Position numbers and translations under genes: made by a program
Assembly: GCA_965644315.1 (NCBI GenBank)
Contig: CBFFRQ010000054.1
Coordinates: forward strand, 310,001-374,000
Source of the DNA: Caecitellus pseudoparvulus
Taxonomy: Eukaryota > Protista > Bigyra: Bicosoecida
Reading direction: 5' to 3'
Length of the DNA stretch: 64,000 nt
Notes under the pieces: generated by a model
The model's input: the letters and a program-made list of their open reading frames with translations, nothing else
The model's database searches: none
Told to the model about the DNA's origin: nothing
Part shown: piece after piece, positions 44,979 through 56,594 of the stretch
Numbering within the stretch: the first letter of the stretch is position 1
Layout: every line of letters begins with the position of its first letter

Positions 44979-46314
44979 ATGGCAGATAGTAGCAGTGGGG
45001 AGGGTATATCAGCGCAGTGGCAGGCTGCATGCACAACTAAACAGTTTGATGTACTTCTTAGTATGCTGCGAGGGGGTGGAGATGGTGCGAGCGTGGATTT
45101 GGGGGGCTTGTCACGCGCACACACAACGGCTGGGTTTCTCATTGCTTGCAAGGCGGGGCATGTTGGGTTGCTGCGTGCGCTGCTGAAGTTGGAGGGTGAG
45201 CTTGCTGTGAATGTGCATGCTGCACCCGCGGGTGATTCAGAGTACGGTTTCCAGTGGGCATGTCGCAATGGGCATGTAGATGTCGTTCGGGAGTTACTGT
45301 CTCTGAGCGGGGATAGAGAAGTGGATGTTCACGCCGGACCTGAGGGCAGGCCTGAGTTTGGCTTCCGGGCAGCATGCTGCAATGGCCACGTGGGTGTGGT
45401 GCGGGAGCTTCTTGCTTTGACTGGCGAGCGAACTGTGGATGTGCACGCAAAAGACTGGGGTGTGCCTGAAGCTGGATTCCGAGTTGCGTGTGAGAACGGG
45501 CATGCGAATGTGGTGCGAGAGCTGCTGGCGCTGACTGGCGATCGCGAAGTGGATGTTCATGCTAGAGATCGAGCAGGGCCTGAGGCTGGCTTCAGACTTG
45601 CCTGCCAGAACGGGCATGTTGCTGTCGTGCGTGAGTTGCTGGCTTTGACTGGACACCGCGCCATTTATCGAGAGGGCCTGAGGTTGGATTCCCTAGCCTG
45701 TCAGAATGGGCATGTGTGATGTGCGCGAGCTGCTGGCTGTGACTGGGCACCGTGCCATCTACTGGAGGAGCACTGGTTGGATTCGACTAGCCTGCGAGAA
45801 TGGGCATGCTGATACTGTGCATGAGCTATTGACATTGACCGGTGATCGTGCAGTTGATCAGAGTGGGCTTGAGTGTGGTTTCCGACTGGCCTGTCAACAC
45901 GGGCATGTGGAGTTGGTGCAAGAGCTGCTGGCCTTGGCTGATGGCAGGTCGGTGGATGTACATGCAAAGGACAGGGCGGGGTTCGAAGCTGGGTTCCGAT
46001 GGGCATGTCGCAATGGCCACGCGAACGTTGTGCGCGTATTGCTGGCCTTGACCGGGGATCGTGCTGTTGACGTGCACGCTGGGCTTGAGGGCAAGCCTGA
46101 GTATGCCTTGCGGTGGGCATGTCACAATGGGCACCTGGAAGTGGTGCGTGAGCTGATGCATTTGACCGGACATCGAGCCGTCCCGCGGGAGTTCTTGCGA
46201 ACTGATCGTGAAATTGTGCAGCCACTGAAGAATGCCATCTGGAACGGCACCACCTCTCTGCATGGCCGGCGTGCCATGGTGCTGCTGCGGGTCGTTCAGA
46301 GAAAGCAAGCATAG
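44979..46314 (+). CDS. Ankyrin-repeat family member 2 (~10 repeats; frameshift near 45717, pseudogene or assembly error)
   Basis: ORF ending 45719 (from MADSSSGEG at 44979) and ORF 45706-46314 carry consecutive repeats and the C-cap NAIWNGTTSLHGRRAMVLLR. Confidence 0.75.
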
Positions 46315-46701
46315 CGCTACAAAGACTGGGGCGCAGCTGGAACGGCTACCTGTGCTAGCTTCAACCAAGGGGGGGATTGAGGTGGGACACAAGTGTGTCG
46401 ATCTAGGCCAGATTCGGGCAGCCTACGAGCCTGGCAGAAATTCATGGCCTCTTCCAGATTGTGCGACAGAGACCAAATCCCACAATTTCGTTCGCGCCCA
46501 CGATTTCACACTGCCTTGAACCAGTTTCTAATGCTCCTCGTGGCTACATTTCAGCCGCCCTCTGCGAGCGTTGCCTCACGCAGCTGTGCAGTGTGTCAAT
46601 TTCCGCAGGCTCGACACTGCAAGCGCAGGACCGAGTTCCCTGCTGCCTTCCTGTGGCAGCAAACTTTGCACGAGTATAGTTGAGCACTTGCTTGAGGCAC
46701 C

Positions 46702-49700
46702 ATGGACGGCGGCGACACTGCTGACTTCGGAGCGGTGGTGCAGTCCCTGGACGCAGGTGTGTGTCTGCGCCGGCGTTACGCGCGCAACGCCAGCCCGTCT
46801 CTCACCGCCCGCCACGAACTGCACTCGCAGACGACACTGAGGACTTGGGCTTGAAACTCGCACCCATGTATGATTCCTCTGTTTCCCTGGGCACGGACGG
46901 CCGTCGCAGCACCGCCTCGCCGTCCGAGCTGCTGGCCATGCTGGCGGCAGTAAACGGCAGTCCCGGGGGGCGGGCTAGCTTGGACACCACGGCTGACTCG
47001 GAAACCGCGCGCCAGCACCACACCAAGGTGCGCAGCCCTCACACTATCCTGCAACTTGCCATGTGTCTCACACCGCGACCGCTTCCCCCCCTGCTGCCGC
47101 AGACGCCTGCCAAGAGCTGCCTTCGCGCCAGTGCAGTGCGAGGCAGCGCCCGTGCGCGTGTGGCCTTCGGGTCGCCCAAGGCGGCGCAGTACCACACGGA
47201 CTCGCCGAGCATGAACTTCACGCCCATGAGCAAGCGCGCCACGGCGGCTTCCTTCTCCATGGACGCGGCCAGCGACGCAGACGCCTCGGCCGCTGAGGAG
47301 AGCGCCGAGACCTCCGCCAACAGCAGCATTCTGCAGGCATGGGGCGCCATGCAGGAGGAAGACGAGGATGAGGGGGAGGGTGTTGCTGTCCCCACCTCAG
47401 CTGCCTCTCGCCGCCGCCGGAGCTCTGGCTCCTTCCGCCCCGCACCCGCCGCCGTATTGGAGGAGGAAGAGGAGGAGGAGAGTGACTCGCCAGGTGACTC
47501 GCCAGGTGACTCGGAGGGCGAGGCTGGTGAAGCCATGGACACGCGGGAGTCCCTGTCCCCCACGGCAGCTGCTGCATTCATCGCGGCCGGTGTGTCTCGC
47601 CGTCGCCGCAGCTCGGTCGGCGGCGTGAAACGCGCTGCGTCGCCCGCTGCTGACTCCTCGGCAAAACGCCCGCGTGCCAGCACTGGCAACCCAGGGACGG
47701 GCCTGCAGCCCAGCACGCCGTCCTTGGGGGCAGCACGCCGCCGGTCGTCGTTGGGGTCGCCGCGCGACCTGCAAGCCCTGCTTGCGACCCAGATGCTGGA
47801 GCAGGGTGAGGAGGAAGTGACCTTCGCAGGCACGCCTACGCACCACCTGAACCGCAAGCAGCTACAGCGGGTGGGTTCGGCGCTGCGCCGGGCCTCAAGG
47901 GGTGTGCATACCCCCCCCTCACCCCCCTCGTCCCTCGAGACCAGCCGACTCCGTCACTCCGTCGATGGGGACGTGACGGAGGAGCTGGGAGATCTCATGG
48001 CACTGCTGCGCAGCAGTGGTGGGGGCGCCGCGGCCGATGTCGACGCGGGGGGGTTGGAGCAGGGGGCGGCCAGTGACTCCAGTGACTCGGCGGATGACGA
48101 GGGTGACGTCATGGACACTCGGCAGTCCCTCTCTCCCTCTGCTGCCCTGGCGGCTGTGGGGCTGGGGCTGGGCGAGGCACACACTGCACGAGATGCTCCC
48201 CCCAGCAGCAGCAGCAGTGCCAGTGCCAGCAGCACAGGGGGTGATACGTACGACGACGCGTTGGCGGAGGAGGAGGCCCTGTTGCTGGAGGCTGGCGTGA
48301 CTCCCACCCGCCGCAGCAGTGTCGCGCGCACGATGAGTCCGGGGGAGGCGGCGGCATCCGCTGACCGCATCTCTGTCGCGGCGTCGGTGCGGGCGGCGCA
48401 CTTGGAGGAGGGGGGGGGCAGTCCTGCGTCACAGGGGGGGGCGTCACCCCCTCCACAGCCCACAGCGCTGACGTTCGACGGGGTGGGGACATCGCCCCCT
48501 CCCGCGCAGTCTGCAGGCACTCCCCAGGCGGCGCCCACCCCCGCCTCGGCTGCAGAGGACGAAACGCCTCAGAAGCCCACCGCATCCCCTGCCAGTGTGA
48601 AGTCTGTGGGGCGCACCCCCCACGCAGCCACCGCACCTGGCACGCCAGCGCCCCCCACACCGGTCTGGGGCAAGGCGCTGAAGCTGCCTGGACTGGTGAG
48701 CGTGCGTGTGTTCTTGGATGCCCTCGGTGTTCCGGCGGCCCATACCACCCGCGAAGGTCTCACGTGGGAAAGCGTCGCCGCGACGCCCAGCGACCGCGAC
48801 GCCCTCCTGCGACCTGGCCTGCCTGACACGCGGTCGACGGTGCAGCAGGCCTTGCTAGGATGCGACTCTGCCGCCGCCGCCTGGGCAGTGCAGTCCCGAG
48901 TGCTGCTGCCGCACAGCCGCGCCGTGGCCTGGGCTGCCTCGGAACTGGCCAAGCAAGTGGCCGTGGCCGGCGAAGAAGTGGAGGGGCTCGCGGCCGAAGC
49001 CTCCCGCGTAAACCCACCCCTCCTGCGCAAGTTCAAGGGTGCTGTCGTCGCAGGCGGACCCAGCGCCGCAGCTGCACGAGATGCCCTCCGGGGGGCCTAC
49101 CTGCAACATGCCTCGGCAGCTGCGACCCGCTTCCAGGGGTGGAAGGTGAAGATGGCTCAGGCGGTCACGGCGGCCTTCGAGAAGGGCCTGCGTGCCTGTC
49201 ATGCTGACGGTGCTGCGATGGAGGCGCTGCAGCAGCAGCTGGCGCAAGGCGCAGCACAGCTCGTCGCAGCAGCCGAGGCAACCGCGACCAGCGACCGCCA
49301 GCACGCTGAAGTGGCGCGGGTCGCTGAGGCTGTGCGACAGGCCACGGCCAGCGCTGCGACGGCTCGCGCCGCCACTGACGCTGCACAACGCGAAGAGGCA
49401 GCCCGACACCAGCGCCTGGTCGCTCTGCGGGACCGAGCCGCCGCCCTGCGTGAGCAGGTCGCAGCCGCCGAAGCCGACACACAAGCCGCCGAAGCCGCCA
49501 CCGCTGCCGTGGCCGACCTGTCCCCCGAGGCAGCCCTGCAGGGCACCGTGTCTGCCCGAGAGCACCTGCAGGCAGCGACACTGCTGGGAGGATGGTGCCT
49601 GGCGGGAGGGGGTGCCACCTCCACAGCACTGCAGCGCCAGGTGCTGTGCACCACCACCCGCGGGCTTCCCGTGGCGCTGGGCAGTGTGACAGTGCAGGTG

Positions 49701-50264
49701 CCGGCGGCAGGCGGTGCGAGTGCCCAGACGCCTGTGACGGTGCGTTTCCAGCCGCCTGCTCAGGCACCAGTGCAGGGCGTGTCCAAGTCGCAGCGCGAGC
49801 AGGTCGCACTTGCGAGCTACCTCGCCCACCAGGGTGTGCTGGCCCGCCTCGCAGCCCTGCCGCCCACTGCCGCACCCCACACTGTGCTGCGTGCAGTGGC
49901 CACTGGCACCGTGCGTGGCAGTGCCTTGGCAGGTCAGGTTTTGTCCCTGGCACATTCGGCGCCAGTGACGGGCCGGCGGGGGTCGCCGCTGCCCCCCCTC
50001 ATGCAGCCAGGGCAAGGCCTGCAGACCACCCACCCAGACCCAGCCAAGCTCACCGTCACGCTGACACACCGCTCCCAGCGCAGCAAGGTGCAGCTGGATG
50101 TGGACCTGCCGTCCCTGGCCTCGCGTCTGCAGGCAGCGGCTGTCTGGCGCATCGGCGGCAAGGGGCGGGTGCAGGCCACGGTCCAGGGGCTGTGCGAGGC
50201 CGCCCACACGCACGGGCTGCTGGGGCTGGTGGAGGCCGTGGACGCCTTGGACTTCTCCCAGTGA
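46702..50264 (+). CDS. Probable outer-kinetochore protein KNL1/Spc105-like (introns 46757-46830, 47028-47102)
   Basis: N-terminal KSCL..RVAF (SILK/RVxF-type PP1-docking pair) followed by GSP. Long S/P/acidic disordered region with repeated MDTR.SLSP. Then coiled coil and a C-terminal globular region. Splice phases check out. Confidence 0.5.
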
Positions 50265-50583
50265 GGCAAGGTGTGGTGGCGCGCAATGCAGCTGTTATGT
50301 GATGCAAGGGCGGGGTGGTGTCACGTGTGCCAGTGAGCGTGGCACTGCAGCGCACATGTCCGCAAATCAATGGCCCAAACACCGCTGCCCCCGTCAACCG
50401 TCACCCGGCGCAGCACAGGAACTGAATTGCATGAAATCCGTACGGCCGGTGATACGTCTGTCGCGCTACTTCGCACAGCGCAAAGGCAACGCAATGCTCT
50501 TCAAAGGCATCCGGCCTGACCGCAGGTATTACTGTTCCTGCACCCACGGCGATGACCAGTCTAGCCTGGCACAAACAAGTGCT

Positions 50584-51402
50584 TCAAGGCGGTCCTTGGG
50601 CAGCCCGCAGCAGCAGCATGGCCTTGCGACCCTGTCGTGTGCACGAGCCGTGCCAGATCGCATCCTTGTAAACCCTCACGATCTTCTCGCCTTCAGGTCT
50701 GAACTGCGGCGGAACGGCACGGTGCCCAGTCAATGCCAACAGCTCATGCACCACATGGACATGCCCATTGCGACATGCAAAACGGAAGCCATACTCGGGT
50801 TCATCCCCGACCCCAGCATGCACGTCAACTTCACGATCACCTGCCAAGGCCAGGAGCTCCCGCACGACGCTCACATGGCCATTCAAACATGCCAGCTTAA
50901 AGCCATACTCAGGATAGCCCACGGGCCCAGCATGCACATCCACTTCTCGAGCGCCAGTCAGGGAAAGCAGCTCACGCACCACCACCGCATGCCCATTCGC
51001 ACAGGCCATGCGAAAGCCATACTCAGGATAGCCCCTGAATGCTGCATGCACATTCACTTCCCGCTCACCACTCAGCTTGAGCAGCTCACGAACCACATCC
51101 ACGTGCCCGGCACGACAGGCTAGCCGGAAGCCAGCCTCCGGCTCGTCCTCAGGCCCAGCATGCACATCCACCGTCAGCTCCCCCTCCAGTGCTAGCAGCT
51201 CGCGCAGCAGCCCAACATGCCCTGTCTTGCAAGCAACCACAAAGCCAGCCGTTGTCTCATCGCTTGACAATCCATCCACCTCCGCACCCACACCACCTCC
51301 ACCACACCCCTCCAGCATGCTCAGCAGCGTGCCTGCATCCTCGCCATCACATGCAGCCTTCCATCGACCCACCACCGACTCCCCACTGCTGCCATCAGCC
51401 AT
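50584..51402 (-). CDS. Ankyrin-repeat family member 3 (5 repeats)
   Basis: MADGSSGESVVGRWKAAC N-cap, 5 repeats, C-cap KDAIWHGSCTRQGRKAMLLLR. Confidence 0.85.
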   Translation of the reverse strand: MADGSSGESVVGRWKAACDGEDAGTLLSMLEGCGGGGVGAEVDGLSSDETTAGFVVACKTGHVGLLRELLALEGELTVDVHAGPEDEPEAGFRLACRAGHVDVVRELLKLSGEREVNVHAAFRGYPEYGFRMACANGHAVVVRELLSLTGAREVDVHAGPVGYPEYGFKLACLNGHVSVVRELLALAGDREVDVHAGVGDEPEYGFRFACRNGHVHVVHELLALTGHRAVPPQFRPEGEKIVRVYKDAIWHGSCTRQGRKAMLLLRAAQGPP

Positions 51403-51797
51403 GGCGTGGTGGGTGCAGATTCCGCACTTGATTCCCACGCAAACCAACTCTCATTTACAACAGCACGTGCGACACTGCACAGCTTTGCGTGAGCAACTGC
51501 ATTCTCATGCACGCTGCGTACTGATGAGGTGAGTTGTTGATTTTGACACGCTCATGACAATGATGCCCCATCTGCCCAGGCTACAGTGCCGGCGCCCAGG
51601 CCCCAGCTCCCACCTCCACAAGGCCCAGGTGCATTCCCTGCCTCACGCACGCTGGCCACACCCCCTGAGCTGATCGTGATTGTGGCGGCTTGCACAGTGC
51701 AGCATGCAGCCCACACCAGCCTCGCCCCTCACTCAGAGCGTGGAGCCTTCCCTGATGTAGGCACCAACGCTGAGCCGGTCTGTGGCGAGAGAAGCGC

Positions 51798-53882
51798 CTA
51801 TGCTGCCAGGAAGGTTCGCAGCAGCAGCATGGCCCTGCGGCCTTGTCGAGTGCTGGTGCCGTGCCACACGGCATCCTTGGCCTGCTGCTCTGCCATCACT
51901 CCAAACTCAAGGCGAGCTCGCAGTGGGATGCTTTGGTGGCCGGTGAGGCCCAGCAACTCCCGCACCACATCGACATGCCCATTTCGGCAGGCAAGGTGGA
52001 AGCCATACTCAGGCCTGCCCTCAGCCCCAGCATGCACATCCACCACACGGTCACCTGTCAAAGCCAGAAGTTCGCGCACCACATCCAGATGACCATTCTC
52101 ACATGCAAGTCGGAAGCTAGCCTCAGGATCGTGCTCAAATAATGCGTGTGCACTCGCCACATCAAGTGCATCCATAGTGACAAGTTCATGCAAATTATGC
52201 CCAGACCGAGAATCATGTATGGCCTGGAAGGCAGCCATTGAGAGGCGCGCCGGCCCTGCATGCACATTCACCTCACGGTCACCCGTCAGAGCGAGAAGCT
52301 CTCGCACCACATCAACGTGCCCATGCTTACAGGCTCGCTGGAAGCCAGCTTCAGGCTCGCCCTCACCCGCCGCATGCACATCCACCTTGCGATGTCCGCT
52401 CAGCGCCAACAGCTCCCGCACCACGTCGATGTGCCCATTCTGACAGGCAGCGATGAAGCCGAGCTCAGACGCTTCAAAATACTCAACAAAACCCCCAGCA
52501 TGCACATCAACTTCACGCTCACCCGTCAGAGCCAGAAGCTCGCGCACCACATCCAGATGACCATTCTCACAGGCAAGCACGAAGCCTTTCTCAGGCTCGA
52601 CCGGAGCCCCAGCATGCACGTCCACCTCGCGATGCCCGGTCAAAGCCAGCAGCTCCCGCACCACGTCGATGTGCCCATGCTTACAAGCAAGCAGGAAGCC
52701 AGCCTCAGGATTGCCCTGAGGCCCAGCGTGCAAATCTACCTCACGATGCCCTGTCAGGGCCAGCAGCTCACGAACAATGGCCACGTGGCCGTTCTCACAG
52801 GCAAGTCGGAAGCTATACTCAGGACTTCCATCAATATCCTCTGCGTGCACGTCCACCTCACGGTGTCCGGTCAAAGCCAACAGCTCGTGTACCACACCCG
52901 CCTGACCATCCACACAAGCTTGTTGAAATGCTGTCTCAAGCTGAAACCCACCATCTGCGCGCACATCCACCTCACGATCCCCCGTCAGAGCCAGCAGCTC
53001 GCGCAGGACGCCTGCTTGCCCGGCTCTACAGACGACTTGAAACGAGAATCCAGGGACTGTATGGAACTTACCTTGCATATCTACCTCACGATGCCCGGTC
53101 AAAGCCAGCAGCTCCCGCACCACATCTACATGTCCGTTGAAGCAGGCATACCAGAACCCAGAATCAGGACTACCCTCAGGCCCAGCATGCACATCCACCT
53201 CACGAAGTCCGCTCAGCGCCAGCAGCTCACGCACCACGTCAATGTGGCCATTGGCACAGGCAAGTCGGAAGCCATACTCTGGCTCGCCCTCAGGCCCAGC
53301 ATGCACGTCCACCTCGCGATGCCCGGTCAAAGACAGCAGCTCACGCACCACGTCAATGTGCCCGAAATGACAGGCAACCAGGAAGCCAGCCTCAGGACCA
53401 CCCCTGAAAGCAGCATGCACATCTACCTCGCGGTGCCCAGTCAAAGCCAGCAGCTCACGCACCACGTCAATGTGCCCTTCCTGACAGGCAACTCGGAAGC
53501 CAGCCTCTGGCCCATCCTGATTCCCAGCTTGCACCTCAACCTCACGATGCCCGCTCAATGCCAGCAGCTCACGCACCACGTCAATGTGCCCATTCTGACA
53601 GGCAAGTCGAAAACCAGCCTCAGGACCACCCTCATCCGCGACGTGAACATCCACAGCAAGACCCCCCCCCAACGCCAGCAGCTCGCGCAGCAGCCCAACA
53701 TGCCCTGACTTGCAAGCAACCACAAAGCCACCCGTTGTGTCAGTGCTTGACAGGCCTCCCATCTTGGCACCCTCACCATCACTACATTCCTTCAGCATAC
53801 TCAGCAGTGCATCTGCCTCATCACCATCACATGCATCCTTCCATCGACCCACCACCGACTGACTGCCGCTGTCGTCAGCCAT
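51798..53882 (-). CDS. Ankyrin-repeat family member 4 (~16 repeats, one degenerate)
   Basis: MADDSGSQSVVGRW N-cap, ~16 units, C-cap KDAVWHGTSTRQGRRAMLLLR. Confidence 0.88.
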   Translation of the reverse strand: MADDSGSQSVVGRWKDACDGDEADALLSMLKECSDGEGAKMGGLSSTDTTGGFVVACKSGHVGLLRELLALGGGLAVDVHVADEGGPEAGFRLACQNGHIDVVRELLALSGHREVEVQAGNQDGPEAGFRVACQEGHIDVVRELLALTGHREVDVHAAFRGGPEAGFLVACHFGHIDVVRELLSLTGHREVDVHAGPEGEPEYGFRLACANGHIDVVRELLALSGLREVDVHAGPEGSPDSGFWYACFNGHVDVVRELLALTGHREVDMQGKFHTVPGFSFQVVCRAGQAGVLRELLALTGDREVDVRADGGFQLETAFQQACVDGQAGVVHELLALTGHREVDVHAEDIDGSPEYSFRLACENGHVAIVRELLALTGHREVDLHAGPQGNPEAGFLLACKHGHIDVVRELLALTGHREVDVHAGAPVEPEKGFVLACENGHLDVVRELLALTGEREVDVHAGGFVEYFEASELGFIAACQNGHIDVVRELLALSGHRKVDVHAAGEGEPEAGFQRACKHGHVDVVRELLALTGDREVNVHAGPARLSMAAFQAIHDSRSGHNLHELVTMDALDVASAHALFEHDPEASFRLACENGHLDVVRELLALTGDRVVDVHAGAEGRPEYGFHLACRNGHVDVVRELLGLTGHQSIPLRARLEFGVMAEQQAKDAVWHGTSTRQGRRAMLLLRTFLAA

Positions 53883-54252
53883 GGCGTGATGGGGTTGCAG
53901 ATGGCGCAACTGCTTTCGCCAACCAACTCGCCTGCACAGCAGCACAGGCAGCACAACACAGTATAACGGGAGTGTCCGCACTCTGGCATCCAGTTCGTGC
54001 TGAAGATGGCTTTGCTTTTGAATCAGTCAGCTCGATGTCCCACCTGCCCAGGCTGCAGTGCTGGCAGCCATACACATCTCAGCTGCGATCCCTGGCTCAA
54101 GCACGCTGGCCACACCTCATGAGATGATCTTGATTGTGGCGGCTTGCACAGTGCAGCATGCCGCCCACACCTGCCTCCACCCCTCAGTCAGAGCGTGGAG
54201 CCTTCCCTGCAACAGATACCAACGCTGAGCCGGCCTGTGGCCACAGCCATGT

Positions 54253-55389
54253 CTACGCCACAAAGGAGGCCCGCAGCAGCAGCATGGCACGCCGCCCTTG
54301 CCGAGTGCTGGTGCCGTGCCAGACAGCATCTTTGGCAGGCTGCACAGCCACCTCGCCAGCCTGAAGCCGTGCCTGGAGGGGGATGGCCCGATGCCCAGTG
54401 AGGCCCAGCAGCTCTCGGGCTACACCAGCATGCCCATTCTGGCAGGCAAGCTGAAAGCCATACTCCGGTCTGCCCTCTGGCCCAGCATGCACATCCACCT
54501 CACGGTGCCCGCTCAATGCCAGCAGCACACGCACCACCTCCGCATGGCCATTGTAACACGCAAATCGGAAGCCCCACTCCTGGTGAACGTGCACATCCAC
54601 TTCACGGTGTCCGCACAGCGTCAACAGCTCACGCACCACATGTACATGGCCATTTCGGCAGGCAAGCCGGAAGCCGAACTCAGGCATGCCGTTGGGTCCG
54701 ACATGTACGTCCACCTCGCGATGCCCGGTCAAAGCCAGCAGCTCGCGCACAACATCAATGTGGCCACTCTGACAGGCAGACCAGAAGCCACACTCCCTAT
54801 CAACGTGGACATCCACTTCACGATGCCCGGTCAAAGCCAGGAGCTCGCGTACCACAGCCACATGACCATTTGCACAGGCACGCCACAAGCCAGCCTCAGG
54901 CTTGCCTCCAGGCCCAGCATGCACGTCCACCTCACGATGCCCCGTCAAAGCCAGCAGCTCGCGCACCACATCAATGTGTCCATTCTCACAGGCAAGTCGA
55001 AAACCAGCCTCAGGCCTGCTCGTGTACGAAGCGTGCACATCAACCTCACGATGCCCGGTCAAAGCCAGCAGCACCTGCACAACACCCAAATGCCCATTTC
55101 GACATGCAGTGCGGAAACCATACTCAGGGCTTCCTTTTCTCTTTGCATGCACATCTACAGCAAGACCCCCCCCCAGTGCCAACAGCACACGTAGCAGCCC
55201 AACATGCCCCGTCTTGCATGCGACAACGAAGCCAGCCGTCGTCTCATCGCTTGTCAATCCTCCCACCTCCGCACCCACACCACCTCCACCACAGCCCTCC
55301 AGCATGCTCAACAGCATGCCTGCATCCTCGCCATCACATGCAGCCTTCCATCGACCCACCACCGACTCCCCACTGCTGCCATCAGCCAT
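54253..55389 (-). CDS. Ankyrin-repeat family member 5 (8 repeats)
   Basis: Same caps as the other members; 8 units. Confidence 0.87.
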   Translation of the reverse strand: MADGSSGESVVGRWKAACDGEDAGMLLSMLEGCGGGGVGAEVGGLTSDETTAGFVVACKTGHVGLLRVLLALGGGLAVDVHAKRKGSPEYGFRTACRNGHLGVVQVLLALTGHREVDVHASYTSRPEAGFRLACENGHIDVVRELLALTGHREVDVHAGPGGKPEAGLWRACANGHVAVVRELLALTGHREVDVHVDRECGFWSACQSGHIDVVRELLALTGHREVDVHVGPNGMPEFGFRLACRNGHVHVVRELLTLCGHREVDVHVHQEWGFRFACYNGHAEVVRVLLALSGHREVDVHAGPEGRPEYGFQLACQNGHAGVARELLGLTGHRAIPLQARLQAGEVAVQPAKDAVWHGTSTRQGRRAMLLLRASFVA

Positions 55390-55778
55390 GGCGTGGTGGA
55401 TGCAGATTCCGCACTCGATTCCCACGCAAGCCACCTCGCCGGCACAGCGGCAAAGGAGGCTCAGTGCAGTATCGGCATAGCATCCACGCTCTGGCATCCG
55501 TTACGAGCTGAAGCCGAGTGTTGCTTTTGACTCGCTCACGACAATGATGCCCCATCTGCCCAGGCTGCAGTGCTGGCGCCCAGACCTCAGCTCCCACCTC
55601 CACAAGGCTCAGGTGCATTCCCTGGCTCACACACGCTGGTCATCCTCAGCCTGGCCGAGGTTGTTGCGGTCTACACGGTGCAGCATGAAGCTCGCACCAG
55701 CACACACCCTCCCTCAGAGCGTGGAGGCTTCCCTGACGGTGGCATCAACGCTGAGCCGGCCTGTGGCCCCAGTCGTGC

Positions 55779-56594
55779 CTATGCTGCTCGGGAAGCCCGC
55801 AGCAGCAGCATGGCACTGCGACCCTGTCGAGTGCTGGTGCCGTGCCAGGCGGCGTCTTTGGCAGCCTGCACAGCCACCTCTCCAGCCTGAAGCCGGGCCT
55901 GCAGCGGGATGGCCCGATGCCCAGTGAGGCCCAGCAACTCACGTACAACGCCCACATGCCCATTATCGCAGGCATACCGAAAACCGGCCTCAGGATCCCC
56001 TCTACATGCCACATGCACATCCACCTCTCGATGCCCGGTCAATGCCAACAGCTCCCGCACGACATCGGTTTGGCCCCTAGTACAGGCACGTCGAAAGCCA
56101 GCCTCAGGAGTGCCCTCAGGCCCAGCATGCACGTCAACCTCACGGTGCCCGGTCAATGCCAGAAGTTCGCATACTACATCAATGTACCCTTTTTGACATG
56201 CAACGGTGAAGCCGTACTCAGGCACGTCCTCAGGCCCAGCATGGACATCAACCTCACGATCGTCCTTCAGTGACAATAGCTCACGAACCACACCAACATG
56301 TCCGTTCTGGCAGGCGAGCAGAAACCCATACTCAGCAATTCCACGAAATGTCACATGCACATCCACCGTCAGCTCCCCCTCCAACGCCAACAGCGCACGT
56401 AGCAGCCCAACGTGCCCTGTCTTGCATGCGACCACAAAGCCAGCCGTTGTCTCCTTGCTTGACAATCCATCCAGCCCCGCACCCACATCACCTCTGCACC
56501 CCTCCAGCATGCTCAACAGCATGCCTGCATCCTCGCCATCACATGCAGCCTTCCATCGACCCACCATCGACTCTCCACTGCTGCCATCAGCCAT
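55779..56594 (-). CDS. Ankyrin-repeat family member 6 (5 repeats)
   Basis: Same caps as the other members; 5 units. Confidence 0.85.
   Translation of the reverse strand: MADGSSGESMVGRWKAACDGEDAGMLLSMLEGCRGDVGAGLDGLSSKETTAGFVVACKTGHVGLLRALLALEGELTVDVHVTFRGIAEYGFLLACQNGHVGVVRELLSLKDDREVDVHAGPEDVPEYGFTVACQKGYIDVVCELLALTGHREVDVHAGPEGTPEAGFRRACTRGQTDVVRELLALTGHREVDVHVACRGDPEAGFRYACDNGHVGVVRELLGLTGHRAIPLQARLQAGEVAVQAAKDAAWHGTSTRQGRSAMLLLRASRAA

Noticed and set aside
42324-55511. Long antisense ORFs over the ankyrin genes (and similar ones over dynein and other genes)
   Set aside because: Shadow ORFs expected from high GC content and codon bias.
42000-56594. CRISPR-like repeat/spacer array
   Set aside because: The ~117-nt periodicity is protein-coding ankyrin repeats with synonymous variation; there are no cas genes and the context is eukaryotic.
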